From positions 25,296,001 to 25,360,000 of the forward strand of contig NC_043004.1 of NCBI RefSeq assembly GCF_006345805.1: a DNA stretch of 64,000 nt, written 5' to 3'. Positions 10,243 to 22,449 of the stretch are shown piece after piece. Position numbers and translations under genes: made by a program. How positions within the stretch are numbered: the stretch's first letter is position 1; every line of letters starts with the position of its first letter. This DNA is from Octopus sinensis. Taxonomy: Eukaryota. The notes beneath the pieces were generated by a model. That model searched no databases. It saw nothing but the letters and a program-made list of their open reading frames with translations, and was not told the origin of the DNA.

Positions 10243-11413
10243 GTGGTTTGGAAGAAACCTTGACCCAACGGGGCTTAAACAGTTCACAAAACTTGTGAGA
10301 AGATTATTATCTGAGTTTATTCTGCAAAAGACCCATGGACTACATGATGTTAAAACAGGTGACAGATTGTCTACTAGTCATAAAGACTAACTCTTTCTGT
10401 ATCAGTTTTGACTGCAATATTAATTTTATTTTCCTTTACTTCAGGTTCTTTTGACTTATCTCCTTTATATTATTCATTCTGGATGGTGGATTGGTAGAAT
10501 CATTTGAGCATCTGTCAAAATACGTTGCAGTATTTACTCCAGCTCTTTAATTTCTGAGTTCAAATCTTGCCGAAATCAACTTTACCTTTGATCTACCTTC
10601 CAAAGTCGACAACATGTAGTACCAGTAATGCAATAGGATCGATATAATGGACTAACCTCCGCCTTCCACATGTCTGGCTTTATGTCTTAATTCGAAACAT
10701 TTATTTTATCCATCTCTCATGTGCATGGTATTAAAACGTTCGCGTTGTTCCGGGTTCTGTCCCTTTGAGTAGCACAAGTATCTTTCAACGATAGACTCGG
10801 ACTGACTCAAGCTTTATCAGCTAGAAATTGGCTCGACAGATACTGTTCGGAGTTCGCCGTATCGAATTCTTTCTGACTAGCAGACATAATCCACCACTTG
10901 TTTAAATATATCACATAGTCCATTGGTCTTTTGCAGAGACTATGCGAACTAATTATGCCCTATGGGTTGAGGTTTCTTCCTACTGTACTCCCATACTTTT
11001 CTTCCCTCCATCACACTACTGATCTGGGAAACTCTATTAAAAGGTTTCTTCTCCTTCACCATGAAAACTATTCACTTGAATATCACATATTAAAAAAAAT
11101 ATGAGTTGAAAAACTTTGATTAACTGAGATAGTTTATGTCATAGACAAAACCTCTCGCTAGCATTGTTTTAAATCACGATCTAGAATAAGGGAGACAACT
11201 TCAAAAAGTCAGCTAATGCTAACTTTGGCAAAATGATGACCATGCAGATAAAATAGGATCTCTTTCTTAAAGCCTGTTGGTGAACTAACAGACATGTTTC
11301 GATCTTATCAGATCTCATCAACGAAGCATATACACCACATTTGGTTAGCTTTAGAAGAGATCAAGTACATATAGAAGGAATGCAGTAATGTTCGTTACGT
11401 ATATCAACAATAG

Positions 11414-11580
11414 GCGCAGACGTGACTGGGTGATAAGAAGTTTGATTTCCAGTCACATGGCTCCGGGCTCAGTCCCACTGCGTGACACCTACGAGTGTCA
11501 ACTGTTATAGCTCCGGGCTGACCAAAGCCTGGTAAAAATCTTGGTAGACGGAAACTGAAAGAAACTCGTCGCTTATATGA
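11414..11580 (+). mobile_element. SINE family A head
   Basis: aggcgcagacgtgactgggtgataagaag...ggctcagtcccactgcgtgacacc...gtagacggaaactgaaagaaactcgtcg. Confidence 0.75.
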
Positions 11581-11621
11581 ATACTACCATACCCGTATCG
11601 TCAAAAATCCTGACAGTTTTA

Positions 11622-12005
11622 TCTCTCTATATATAAACGGCAGTTTGTCTGTGCGTGTTTCTGTGTGTCTGTTTGCTTGTACCCTCACCCTGACCACGGC
11701 TTTCAACCGATTCTGATGAAACTTGACACACACATAGCCCAATGTCATAATTCAAAACTAACGCAGCGAAAATTTTGAAAAGTTCCCCCAGTTCTGAAAA
11801 AAATCGATAATTCGACATGGGGTCGAGAATCAGAAACACGAACCACAAACTGTCTAGGGGACGCAACTCCACCTTTTTTAACTAAAAAAAATTTACCATC
11901 ATTTTTTTTTTTCCATTTTTTTGCTATTTTTTGGCTATAACTCTCTAAAAATGCTTTATAGTTATTTCCCTTACAAACCTGAGCAACGCCGGGCGATACT
12001 GCTAG
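11622..12005 (+). mobile_element. Non-autonomous Helitron (384 bp)
   Basis: Starts TC after A (a|tctctctatatataaa). Subterminal GC hairpin cctgagcaacgccggg. Ends CTAG before T. No TSD. Confidence 0.8.
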
Positions 12006-12100
12006 TTAATGATAAAAAATAGCGCATTAAAACAATGGCAGAAACCGTTGATAAATATCAGCAATCCAGTAAATAAATACACACACATACACACATATAA

Positions 12101-12680
12101 ATGATGTTGCAGCTAGAATACTGTATAACGAAATCAGTCGGATAACTCCAAGGACATAGAAATGGAACCCACGGTATGGTGGAAGCCATAGCCACTCATA
12201 ATTAAAAAAAGGTGTACTGGCGGAATGTCCCAGGGAAAACCTCAATAAAATGTAAACATAATAGACCTGACTTAATAATTTGGGATAGAAAAGAGGAACT
12301 GTGTACTATTGTAGAAAATCAGCTGCCCAACGGATGTTAACATAAAGCTAAAGATCAGTGATAAAGAGAACACCTACGCTGAACTATTGAGAATTTTCAG
12401 TTACTCTATCCAGATTACTAGTTCAGGTTTATACCTGTAGTTATTGGGGCACTGGGATATGTAACACTCTACCTAAATACCAATCTTGAGAAATTAGGCT
12501 TCTCAAATCCAGAAAGGGGAAAGCTGATTCGAAGACTACAGATCAAAGCCATTACTGGAACTGTAAAAATCTGTAAAACTTTCCAGAAGTTTATTATTTA
12601 AATATATATGAGCATGATTAGATATGTCACTATACGCATGAGAATAAATACATGAAGCAAAACATACAAATTTGGGCAAT
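12101..12680 (+). mobile_element. R4/Dong-like RLE retrotransposon, 5'-truncated
   Basis: HDV.ARILYNEI..., WNVP.KTSIKCKHNRPDL.IWDRK...CTIVE.SCP.DVNIKLKISDKENTYAEL (PD-(D/E)xK endonuclease). Followed by (CATA)n. Confidence 0.8.
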
Positions 12681-13071
12681 ATACATGCATATATACATAC
12701 ATACAAACATACATACATACATACATACATACATAAATACATAGAATGGCACCTGTAACAAAACACGTATCAGTGACGGTATTACAGCAAAATAAAGAAA
12801 ATTTGAACCCCGGAACTCTCTGCATTCAATAAAGCAGTTTCCACAATGTGTTTGCAGTGCGAGTACTCATGCCAATATTTGGGCTGCTTGATTGGATGCT
12901 TGATGAGATCTGAGCCATTGATGTGAAAACCCGGAAAATACAAACAAGCACACATAATTTCCACATCAATGGCGACATAGACCACCACCACATAAAACGA
13001 AAACAAGGGGGCAAAGCCTTAACATCAATCTAGACTGCCTTTGAATGTTGCATTATATCCCTTCGGTAAAA

Positions 13072-13072
13072 T

Positions 13073-13160
<88 letters not shown>
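13072..13160. repeat. (CTAT)n microsatellite
   Basis: Direct inspection. Confidence 0.95.
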
Positions 13161-13305
13161 GTACGACGGACTTCTTTCAGTTTCCCTCTATCAAATGCAC
13201 TCATGGCTTTGGTCAGCCTGATACTTACCCAAAGTGCCACGCAGTGGGACTGAACCCAGAATCATGTGCTTAGGAAGCAATCTTCTTATCACACACCCAC
13301 GCCTA
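13160..13305 (-). mobile_element. SINE family A head
   Basis: gacggacttctttcagtttccctctatcaaat...gccacgcagtgggactgaaccc...cttatcacacacccacgcct. Confidence 0.75.
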
Positions 13306-14025
13306 TATGTATGTATGTATGTATGTGTTGTAGCGAGGGCCATTGAAACCCCTGTAGGATTGGAAGAATTTATGGGACCTCCCCATAAATCTATTCTGTA
13401 AAAATATAAATGGCTTTTCCTCCACTAAAAGCAAGTCATCACAGAATTACAAAAAAAAGTAAAAAATATTTTTTTGAAGTTCTGTCCGATAAATTAGGTC
13501 TGTGTACCAGGACAAAGGCGTGTTTTGAAATAAAAGAAAACTTCATACCAGTATTTAAACCAAAAAGGTTAATAAAATCAAAGTGTGCGCTGGTTTTTCC
13601 ATTGGGTTAAATGAATGTTTTTAAAATGTGCCACTACCCGCTACCTACTTCGGAGGATATTTTTGCGAAATTGAACGGTGGAAAGATATTTTCTACTTTA
13701 GATCTCTCTGACGCGTACCTGCAAATTAGAGTAGACGATGAATGCTCGAAATACCTAACAGTCAACACACATAAAGGACTGTATAAATATAACAGGTTAC
13801 CATGTGACTTAAAAGTTGCGCCAGCGATTTTTTCAACGGATTATTGATGCAGTGTTAGCGGAGTGTGAATTCACCATTCCATGTCTGGATAATAAATTCA
13901 TTAAAAATGAATCTAGAGCTCAACATGTGGAGCATGTAAAATATGTATTTGAAAAAATTAAGGATTACGGTTTTACTTTGAGTGAAGGAAAGTATGAATT
14001 TCTCTTCTCAGAACTAAGATATTTA

Positions 14026-14609
14026 AGGCGGCGAGCTGTCAGAAACGTTAGCGCGCCGGGCGAAATGCTTAGCGGTATTTCGTCTGCCGTTACGTTCTGA
14101 GTTCAAATTCTGCCGAGGTTGACTTTTCCTTTCATCCTTTCGGGGTCAATTAAATAAGCACCAGTTACGCACTAGGGTCGATGTAATCGACTTAATCTGG
14201 TTGACTGTCCTTGTTTGTCCCCTCTATGTTTAACCCCTTGTGGGCAATAAAGAAATAGGTATTTCGTCTGCTGCTACGATCTGAGTTCAAATTCGGTCGA
14301 GGTCGACTTTGCTTTTCATCTTTTCGGGGTCGATTAAATAAGTACCAGTTACGCACTGGGGACGATATAATCGACTTAATCCGTTTGTCTGTCCTTGTTT
14401 GTCCTCTCTGCGTGTAGCCCCTTGTGGGCAGTAAAGAAATAGGTATTTTGTCTGTCTTTACGTACTGAGTTCAAATTCCGCCGAGATCGACTTGGCCTTT
14501 CATCCTTTCGGGGTCTATAAATTAAGTACCAGTTGCGTGCTGGGGTCGATCTAATCGACTGGCCACTCCCCTAAAATTTCGGGCCTTGTGCCTAGAGTAG
14601 AAAAGAAAA
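14026..14609 (+). mobile_element. SINE family D with internal 184-bp tandem triplication
   Basis: 11-bp TSD TAAGATATTTA at 14015-14025 and 14610-14620. Units start at 14074, 14258 and 14442. Confidence 0.9.
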
Positions 14610-14689
14610 TAAGATATTTAGGACAAATTATTGACAGAAATGGACGAGGGCAAGCGCAATTAAAAATATGCCTCCACCGACTTTATAAG

Positions 14690-16131
14690 CTTTTCATCAG
14701 GAATATTATATGGTGTTTTATATGTAGATTTAGCGGCAGATTTCAAAAATGTAATCGGTTTCTTTCTATCAGTTTTTCTGGTGAGATAAGAGAGGTGTAT
14801 AACTCCCATCAGCAGTATCGCTACACGTAAACGTCTTATACAGGTAAATTCTGACTTCTGTTTTATAACTATTTGTATTCATTTTGTAATTTTATGTTTT
14901 CATAATATTTTCTTTTCATAAATTTTACCTTCTGTTTAAGGTGCCAAGTCATCATCATCATCAAATTCTACTCAGGATGTCAAGGCATTGCAAGAACAGT
15001 CTTGATATATTTTGTCATGCCTGTAGTTCATTTACCACCAAAGCTCAGCAACGTTCCATCACAAGTGAAATCAAGAAGATCTACCAGTTATACTTTGGCT
15101 GCTCTCTCGGGGATCAAGATAAGAGTTGGGCCCCGTTCATCATCTGCTCAGCTTGTTCAAATGGACTAAGGGATTGGCTAAATAAGAGGAAGAGAGCAAT
15201 GCCGCTTGCAATACCTATGATATGGAGAGAGCCAAAGGATCATTACATGAACTGTTATTTCTGCAACATTAATGTATGTGGGTTTACTGTAAACGCTAAG
15301 CATCAGATTGTGTATCCCAACTTAGAATCAGCAAGAAGACCAGTACCACACAGCGATGATGATCTTCCTATTCCAATACCATTAGAAAATGGCCTTCAGA
15401 TGTCTGACGAAAACTTCTTTCCTGAAGAAAATACTACTGCTGTGGAAGACACCGAAGTGGATGCAGATTTCACGATTGAAAATGAAGACGTACCACAGAA
15501 ATTTTCTCAAGGAGAGTTAAATGATTTAGTTAGAGACTTGTCATTGTCGAAGGATAAAGCTGAGCTATTAGCATCTCGCCTACAAGAAGAGTGTCTGCTT
15601 AAGAAAGATGTTTGTATTATTCATTTCAGGAAGAGAAATAGGGATCTGACTTCATGCTTCTCTGTTGATGGACCACTTTGTTTTAGTAATAGCATTGATG
15701 AGTTATTTCGCTGTTTGTTCCAAGAGCATGTTCCATCTGAATGGCACTTATTCATTGATTCATCAAAGAGAAGCCTCAAGGCAGTACTACTACACAACGG
15801 CAATAAGAAACCATCTATTCCCATAGGACATTCAGTGCACATGAAAACATGCAAGTACCCCTCAATGCCATAAAATATACAAACTACAGCTGGGAAATAT
15901 GTGGAGACTTGAAGGTGATTGGAATGTTGATGGGAATGCAATATGGGTTAACGAAATATTGTTGCTTTTTGTGCCTATGGGACAGTCGTGCAACTAACAA
16001 GCACTATGTGCAATCAGAGTGGCCTTTGCGAAAATCATATGAGCCCCGGGAGTTTCTAGCGTTCAGAGTTAACCCAGAAAAGTCAATCAGCAACTCTGAT
16101 GATTAAAAAGGTTTCAGTTTCTTGACCAGTG
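14690..16131 (+). mobile_element. Chapaev3-like (CMC group) DNA transposon, internally deleted; transposase ORF 14977-15873 continuing after a frameshift to about 16050
   Basis: N-terminal zinc motif C..C...LGDQDKSWAP..C..C...WREP..H...CYFC. Catalytic-like LFIDSSKRSLKAVLLH and ICGDLKV, then CFLCLWDSR. The C-terminal third is missing. The 3' terminus ends ...gaccaGTG (16131). Family assignment is from memory. Confidence 0.7.
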
Positions 16132-16762
16132 TTGTTAACAAATTATATCCGAGATATGCATAAGGTCAGAGTTCCACTGAATAGTTTACTGAAAAGAGAT
16201 ATGAAATGGAATCTGTCAGAAAATTCCCAAAAGGCATTTGACAAAATTTTAAACAATATTAATATTTGATTTGTCGTTAGCTCACTTCGATCTTGCAGCG
16301 GAGACTGTTGTAGCTTCAGACGCTTCTGAGTACGGCATAGAAGCAGTAATGTTACATAAAAATAAAGATAACATGAAGGCGGTGGTTCATGCCTCACGAT
16401 CTCTGATATCAACAGAGAAATTTTATAGTCAAACATAAAAGAAGCTCTAGCAATCATTTTTGCCGTGAAAAAAATTCCGATTTTTGTACAGTAGAAGTTA
16501 CCAGCTACAGACTGACCACCGACCATTATTATCGATATTTGGGTCGAAAAATGGAATTCCTACTTATACTGCTGCAACGTTGGGCTACGATATTATTAAA
16601 CTACGATTTCAAGCTGGAGTATATACCATACAGATTGTCTATCAAGGCTGATTTCAAGAAATGCGGAACCATTTGAAGATACTGTGATTTCCGCAAAAAA
16701 ATTATATATATATATTGACTTTTGTTTTAAATCGAAAGAGGAGAGATGAAAGATGTATGTAT

Positions 16763-18620
16763 GGGCCAAAGATTTTGACCAATGTGTTCGCAAAAAGGTT
16801 GACGCGTGTCGTGGAGAAACTTGTAGGGAAGGCGCAGAAATGCGCCATCCCAGGTAGGTCTATCCAGGACAATCTTCACCTTATACGCTACACCTTAGAA
16901 AAGGTGGGTAAATTAACCGACAAAGGTGAGGCACTGGTTCATTTAGATCAAAGTAAAGCTTTCGATAAAGTAGACCACCAATACCTGGCGGCGGTATTCG
17001 AAGCGGCTGGGCTGGGCACGGAATTCCGTGGTTGGATCATTGCCATTTATAGCGGCATCAAATCCACCGTCCAGATAAACTGCTACCCGTCGGAGAGGTT
17101 TCAGATCAAGCGCTCAGTTCGTCAAGCGTGCCCCTGTCTCCGCTTATGTATGTATTCACTCTTGAGCCATTACTGCGCACGTTGGAGAACTTGGGGGTCA
17201 TCCCCAATGAAATTGGATGCGGTAAGTCTGTCTCTGCCTATGCGGATGACGTCACCATCACCGTGTCCAATGAAGCTCAGTTACATTGCGTAGAGGACGC
17301 TATCAAAGGATATGAGGCGGTGGCAGGGGCACAAGTTAACAAGAACAAGTACATCAGCTTGCGCCTCGGTACCTGGAGGAGCAAGTTGATATCGTCCAGT
17401 GTCGTGGGTCACTGGACAGATGGTCCTGTTAAGTTGCTCGGAGTCTGATTTGGACCGGACTCTCAGACGAAGAATTGGAGCAAGGTGGCAGACAGGGTGG
17501 ATGCCCTAGCCCGGACTTGGTCTGGAAGGGCTCTGTCCATGAAAGGAAGAGCGGAAGTTGCACCGGTGTTTATTGCATCTGTTATCACCTACCGCCTGAC
17601 CTTTGTCCCTCGCCCCGGCTCGTGGCTAAACAAGTTGGAGCGCCTCTTCTTCCGCTTGTTGTGGAAGGAAGGAAAGCCACTTGTGAGGCGCTCTGTTTGC
17701 TGCCAGGAACCGCTGAAGGGTGGGTTAGGGATGCCCTGGGTAATGATGCGCAGACATGCGTTGAGGCTAAGGCATCTCTGGCTTTACCTGGAGGGTGACA
17801 AGGTGTGGAATCCACTGGCGGAGGAATTCTTTCCTTGACCAGCCTCTTTGGAGAAATTTAAACCTAGTTTCATTAAAAGACGGAATCTGACTGCAAAAGG
17901 AGTGTCGAAAGCCACTCGTACTAATCCACAAGACGGGCATACCACCTCGGTATTGTATAAAGGGCAGGTAGAGTTTTAAAATGATGACGTCCTAGGAGAG
18001 GCTCTGGGGTTAGGTGAGAACAAACTTGCCAACCTGTTCCAAAAAACTTTCAGGCCGGGGTATTTGGATAATTATCAAAAATCTCTGACCTTGGCTTTAC
18101 CTGTTTGCGATAAGTTATCCAGGCACGAAATGTCAGTGCCAACGGCATGTCCAAGATGAGGGCTAGACGATGAAACCATCCAGCACGCTTTTGTAGAATG
18201 CCGGAAGCTTTCAGGCTTGATAATTTACGATGAACACGTGTGTCACACCTAGGCAGAGTACAGCTATCAGCTGAGTCTACAATAAAGGTTGTGCCGCCAA
18301 CCGGACTCTCAACGGAAGGTGAGGCATGTTTTCTCTGTTCAGTTGCAGTATTGAAAGAGTGTGAGGAAGACCAGATTGCAAGGACTCATGACGGGATCCT
18401 TCATCTCTGGCCCTAGTTTGCTGACATACTTCAGATATCATCTGAAGAGCAAGATAGGGCTGGAGAAGAGATGCCTACTGCGAGGTGTGTTCGAGAAAAG
18501 ATGGAAGGCTGTGGTAAGAAAGGTGGGTACAAGGGACCCTGCTTAATCTTCACGGGAAAAGAAAACGGTATAGCCGCTGGGCTTTTCAGCCCATCAGGTT
18601 TAATCCCCGCCCAAAGTCAA
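16763..18620 (+). mobile_element. Tx1/L1-clade LINE, 5'-truncated, decayed RT
   Basis: KIL..V.AKRL..VV..LVG.AQ.CAIPGRSIQDNL; LDQSKAFDKVDH; SVRQ(G)CPLSPL.Y; AYADD; LS.KGRAEV; RQ.P.KGGLGMP; C-terminal C.R...DETI.HAF..C knuckle remnant. Confidence 0.85.
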
Positions 18621-18776
18621 ATTTTAATTATATATCATACAATATTTTTTAAAAATCAACTAAGTATCATACGAAGTCATAATAACAATAATTGTTTGTA
18701 TTGTCCTGTTTTGTCTTCTCTGTGTACGATATTAATTATCATAATAAAAAATCAACCTCTAGCCGAACAATTATTC

Positions 18777-18817
18777 TGTGCTGATGAAAGGAAATAACCC
18801 GGAAATCGCGATACACA
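18777..18817 (+). ncRNA. Minimal type I hammerhead-like motif with intact core, in a probable Penelope-type repeat
   Basis: TGTG CTGATGA A AGG-AAATAA-CCCG GAAA T CGCG A TA CACA. Canonical CUGAUGA/GAAA/UA, 4-bp stem I, palindromic ATCGCGAT stem III, weak stem II. Confidence 0.5.
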
Positions 18818-18834
18818 CATATTGTTTTGAGCTG

Positions 18835-19760
18835 ATTGTGAGTGTTAGATTCCCTTGTTCGAAAATATAAGGACACAGATTGTGTCGTATAACCAGCTGG
18901 GGATGATGTTTCCGGGGGCTAAATTACAGCAACATTCGTCCTATACCAGGACTGCCATGTTATGCTGGCAAACAATCTTCACTACAAAGTGTAATGTGTT
19001 TAAAAACAATGCAACAAAAGATTTATTTGACATTTCCTGTTGCAAATACAACTCCTTTAAAAACTTCAGTTGTAGTAGAGACAAACAAGTACCACAGAGA
19101 GAACAAGACTTTTTACAGGATTAACGGACAAATCGAAAAATGATCGTTGGTGTAATAGCTCAAGCAGTATCTAAATAGAACGTTCAGAGGTTGATTAGAC
19201 AGAATCAGCCAGATCACAGTTGCTCTTCTACTCAGCAAAGGAAAATTCGGTTTAACTGACTCAGTCATAACAGAAAGGTTGGATGTCTTTTCCCAAAGAA
19301 GAATGATCTTTTCTGCCACAATCTTGACAATTTGTTTAATTTATTATTTTAATGTGTGTGTAATATAGACTTCATGTAACACATATATTTGGTGACCTAG
19401 TATTAAAAATAATAAAGAAAACAAAGTTGGAAAGGCTATTTATTTCACATAATTCGAAATTTCAACTACGTTGCGAAGCCTGAAGATATAAATTTTAGAG
19501 CTTGAGATTTTAATGGATTTTGCAAAAGAAAATCGATTCGTAACAATGAATGTAAGAAATAAAATGAGGAACGGCAAACGTGTTATAAATTGATTTTTGG
19601 TTCATTATTCAAAATTTCAAGTGGGCTGCGGAGCTTGATGTAAATTTAAGAATTTCAGATTTTAACACAATTGTTTCTAAAGGATTTCGCAATAAAAAAT
19701 ATATTCTTGAAAATATATTTTGAAAATCTGTGTAAAAATTACCTTTTTTGCCCTACTCTA
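18835..19760 (+). mobile_element. Decayed DNA transposon fragment, superfamily uncertain
   Basis: KDLFDISCCK..C...KQVPQREQDFLQD.RT.R.MI.GV motif, which I recall from invertebrate DNA transposases. End-like sequence ttttttgccctactcta at about 19755. Confidence 0.4.
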
Positions 19761-19829
19761 TTATATATTATACATATTAGCCTCTGTGTGTGTTTATGTG
19801 TGTGGGAGAGAGAGAGAGAGAATGTGTGC

Positions 19830-19860
<31 letters not shown>

Positions 19861-19879
19861 CGTGTGCGTGTGTGTGTGT

Positions 19880-20100
19880 AGTATGGGTCTTTGCATTGTG
19901 TTTGTCCCCCACCACCGCTTGAAAACTTGTGTTGGTTTGTTTACGTCCCCGTCACTTCGCAGTTCGGTAAAAAAAAAGTCCAACTAACCTAACCCTAACC
20001 CTAAAAAGAAAGATAAGTACTAGGGTCGACTTCTTCCACTAAACTCTTTAAGGATGTGCCCCAGCACGGTCGCAGTCGAATGACCGAAACAAGTAATCGA
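19880..20100 (+). mobile_element. SINE family A 3' half
   Basis: tgtttgtccccaccaccgcttgaaaac...ccccagcacggtcgcagtcgaatgaccgaaacaagtaa. Confidence 0.7.
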
Positions 20101-20289
20101 TAATAGCACACAGGGGGGTGGGGGAATACCTTGTGGAGATGCATTGTGAGTACTAGATTTATAAACGGTAGAGACTTACTCGAAATCGATTAATTATAAA
20201 GTACCCCTACAGATTGTATTGTAGGACAATTGACTATTGACTTACATAAAATAGGTAGCGTTGTATCTATTGTATATTAAAATAATAAT

Positions 20290-20605
20290 TTTTTTTCTCT
20301 CTCTGTGTCTCTCTCTTCTCCCCATCTCTCTCTCACATTCTTTCTTTCTTTCTCTCTCTCACATTCTTTCTCATGTACACATACATTCAATTTTTGTCCT
20401 TGTTTCGTGTTACTTGTCAGCTGTTCTAGTTTCACTCTTACTCCGCTTCTTTCACATCCTTTCTTCATATCCTGGCTCTTTGATTCCTTCTCTCTTTCTC
20501 TCTCTCTCTCTCTCTCTGAGTTTCTGTCTCTGTATCTCTCTCTTTCTCTGAGTATCTCTATCTCCTTGAGTATTTCTCTCTCTCTCTCTCTCTCCCTCTC
20601 TCTCC
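20290..20605. repeat. Degenerate (CT)n polypyrimidine microsatellite
   Basis: Direct inspection. Confidence 0.9.
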
Positions 20606-20832
20606 ATCTGCTCTTTCCCATGACCGTTCTCTTGCATAAAGTTCACGCATATTATTACACAGGAGAAATAGCTAGCTACATTCTGGGAAAAGTCAACAAC
20701 CAACACTATACTAACAAGTAACAGAAGCGAGAAAATATCAATAAGTAAAAAAAAATGAATGAATAAATAAAAGAGATGCAATTTAACCATACCAATGGTA
20801 TTATTTCATTTCCAACTCCACCCATCTTTTAA

Positions 20833-20834
20833 CA

Positions 20835-20866
<32 letters not shown>

Positions 20867-21000
20867 CATACATACATACATACATACATGCATACATGCA
20901 TACATACATATATACATGCATACATGCATGCATACATACATACATGCATACATGCATGCATACATGCATGCATACATACATACATACATACATACGTACG

Positions 21001-21032
<32 letters not shown>

Positions 21033-21034
21033 CA

Positions 21035-21065
<31 letters not shown>

Positions 21066-21078
21066 GTACGTACATATA
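20833..21078. repeat. (CATA)n array with CATG/CGTA variants
   Basis: Direct inspection. Confidence 0.95.
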
Positions 21079-22395
21079 TTTCTAACCAAACGTTTGTTAG
21101 CATCAAAAATGTATAAAGCGGACTTAACGTGAAGCATGGAAAAATCCAACGTTTCGAACAGTGCTCTTTTTCAGGGGATTGGACGCTTGATGAGAACCGA
21201 GCCATTTATGTGAAAACCCGAAAAGTACTAACAAGCACACATAATTTCCACACAAACAGTGATGTAGACCAACTCTACCTAAAACGAAAACAAGGCGGCA
21301 GAGGCTTAATACATATCCAAAATGACTTTAGATGTCGCATCATATCTCTTCGGCAACATCTTTTAACCTCCAAGTATCGAAGTGCATCTCTTGGCCAAGT
21401 TTGCACACATTAGGCTGATAACATCATAAAACTTAGAAGGCAGATCCTTGAGCTCTTTGACTGATAACCTAGAATACATGCCCAAAGAAGCCACACCACT
21501 CTAACACAATGTATCATCAGATGAAAGGATGAGCCTATATGATCAGAAGACTATGCATGGATATGTTAGTAGAAAACTCCGTGAAGAGAGTAACATCGAT
21601 CATCAAAGCAGTTTATCATAGACGAATACCCGGATTACTACCTCCAGTTTTGAAGGGTATGTGTTTGCAATCCAGGAACAGGAAATATTAACCAAGTACC
21701 TGATGCATAAAAGGGATAGAGAGGCAGGAAAAGCCGTAAAATGTGACAATCGATGCAGACTTTGTGGAGTTCACACTGAAGATATCATCCACATCATAAG
21801 CAGTTGTCCGAAAATGTCATCACGGTATTATCTACTGATGAGACATGACGTTGTAGCTAGGGCACTCTATAATGAAATACGTCGGAAGGATAATTCCGAG
21901 GACAAAGAGGTAAGAACCCACAATATGGTAGAAGCCATTGCCGCTCATAATAAAAAGTAATACTGGTGGAATGTACCAGTGAAGACCTCAATAAAATGTA
22001 AGCACAACAGACCCGACTTAATGATTTGGGATAGAGAAAAGAAACTGTGCACAATTGTGGAAATTAGCTGCCCAGCGGATGTTAACATATAGCTGAAAAT
22101 CAGTGAAAAAGAGAACACCTATGCTGAACTATTGAAAAATCTGCAGTTACTCTATCTAGGTTAAAAGTTCAGGTTTATAGGTAATTATTGAGGCCCTGAG
22201 ATATGTAACACACTGCCTAAACACCAATCTTGAGAAATTAGGCTCCTCAAAACCAGAAAGGAGAAAGCTAGTTCGAAGACTACGGATCCAATCCATCACT
22301 AGGACTGTAAAAATCTGTAAAAGTTTCCAGAACTTTAGCATTTAAATAAATATAAACATGTCTAGATATGTAACTATATGCATGAGAATACTTGC
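21079..22395 (+). mobile_element. R4/Dong-like RLE retrotransposon, 5'-truncated
   Basis: SDVDQLYLKRKQGGRGLI (RT C-terminus); AIQEQEI.T; CRLC....EDIIHIISSC (CCHC knuckle); RHDVVA; NRPDL.IWD...CTIVEISCP; EKENTY. Stops and frameshifts present. Confidence 0.85.
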
Positions 22396-22449
22396 TTGTA
22401 TTTATGTTAATAATTTCACTTTTGATAGTTTTATTTCTATTAGTACCAC

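Larger units (their letters stand above)
13410..16700 (+). mobile_element. Ty3/Gypsy LTR retrotransposon pol remnant (RT-RNase H), interrupted by a SINE and a Chapaev-like element
   Basis: LPTSEDIFAKLNGGKIFSTLDLSDAYLQI...NTHKGLYKYNRLP..LKVAPAIFQRIID; RYL|GQIIDRNG; AIKNMPPPT; after 16132 PLNSLLKRD.KW; SDASEYGI.AV; EALAIIFAVKK; TDHRPLLSIFG; ADCLSRLI. Many frameshifts, no LTRs seen. Confidence 0.85.

Noticed and set aside
8679-16131. VLR/RAG-like rearranging immune locus (surface LRR gene near a RAG1-related transposase)
   Set aside because: No LRR cassettes or signal sequences were seen, the LRR ORF is complete, and the transposon is a deleted copy inside a Gypsy. Proximity is best explained by TE density.
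19984-20004. TAACCC telomere-like repeats
   Set aside because: Only 2-3 units inside a SINE tail; not an interstitial telomere.
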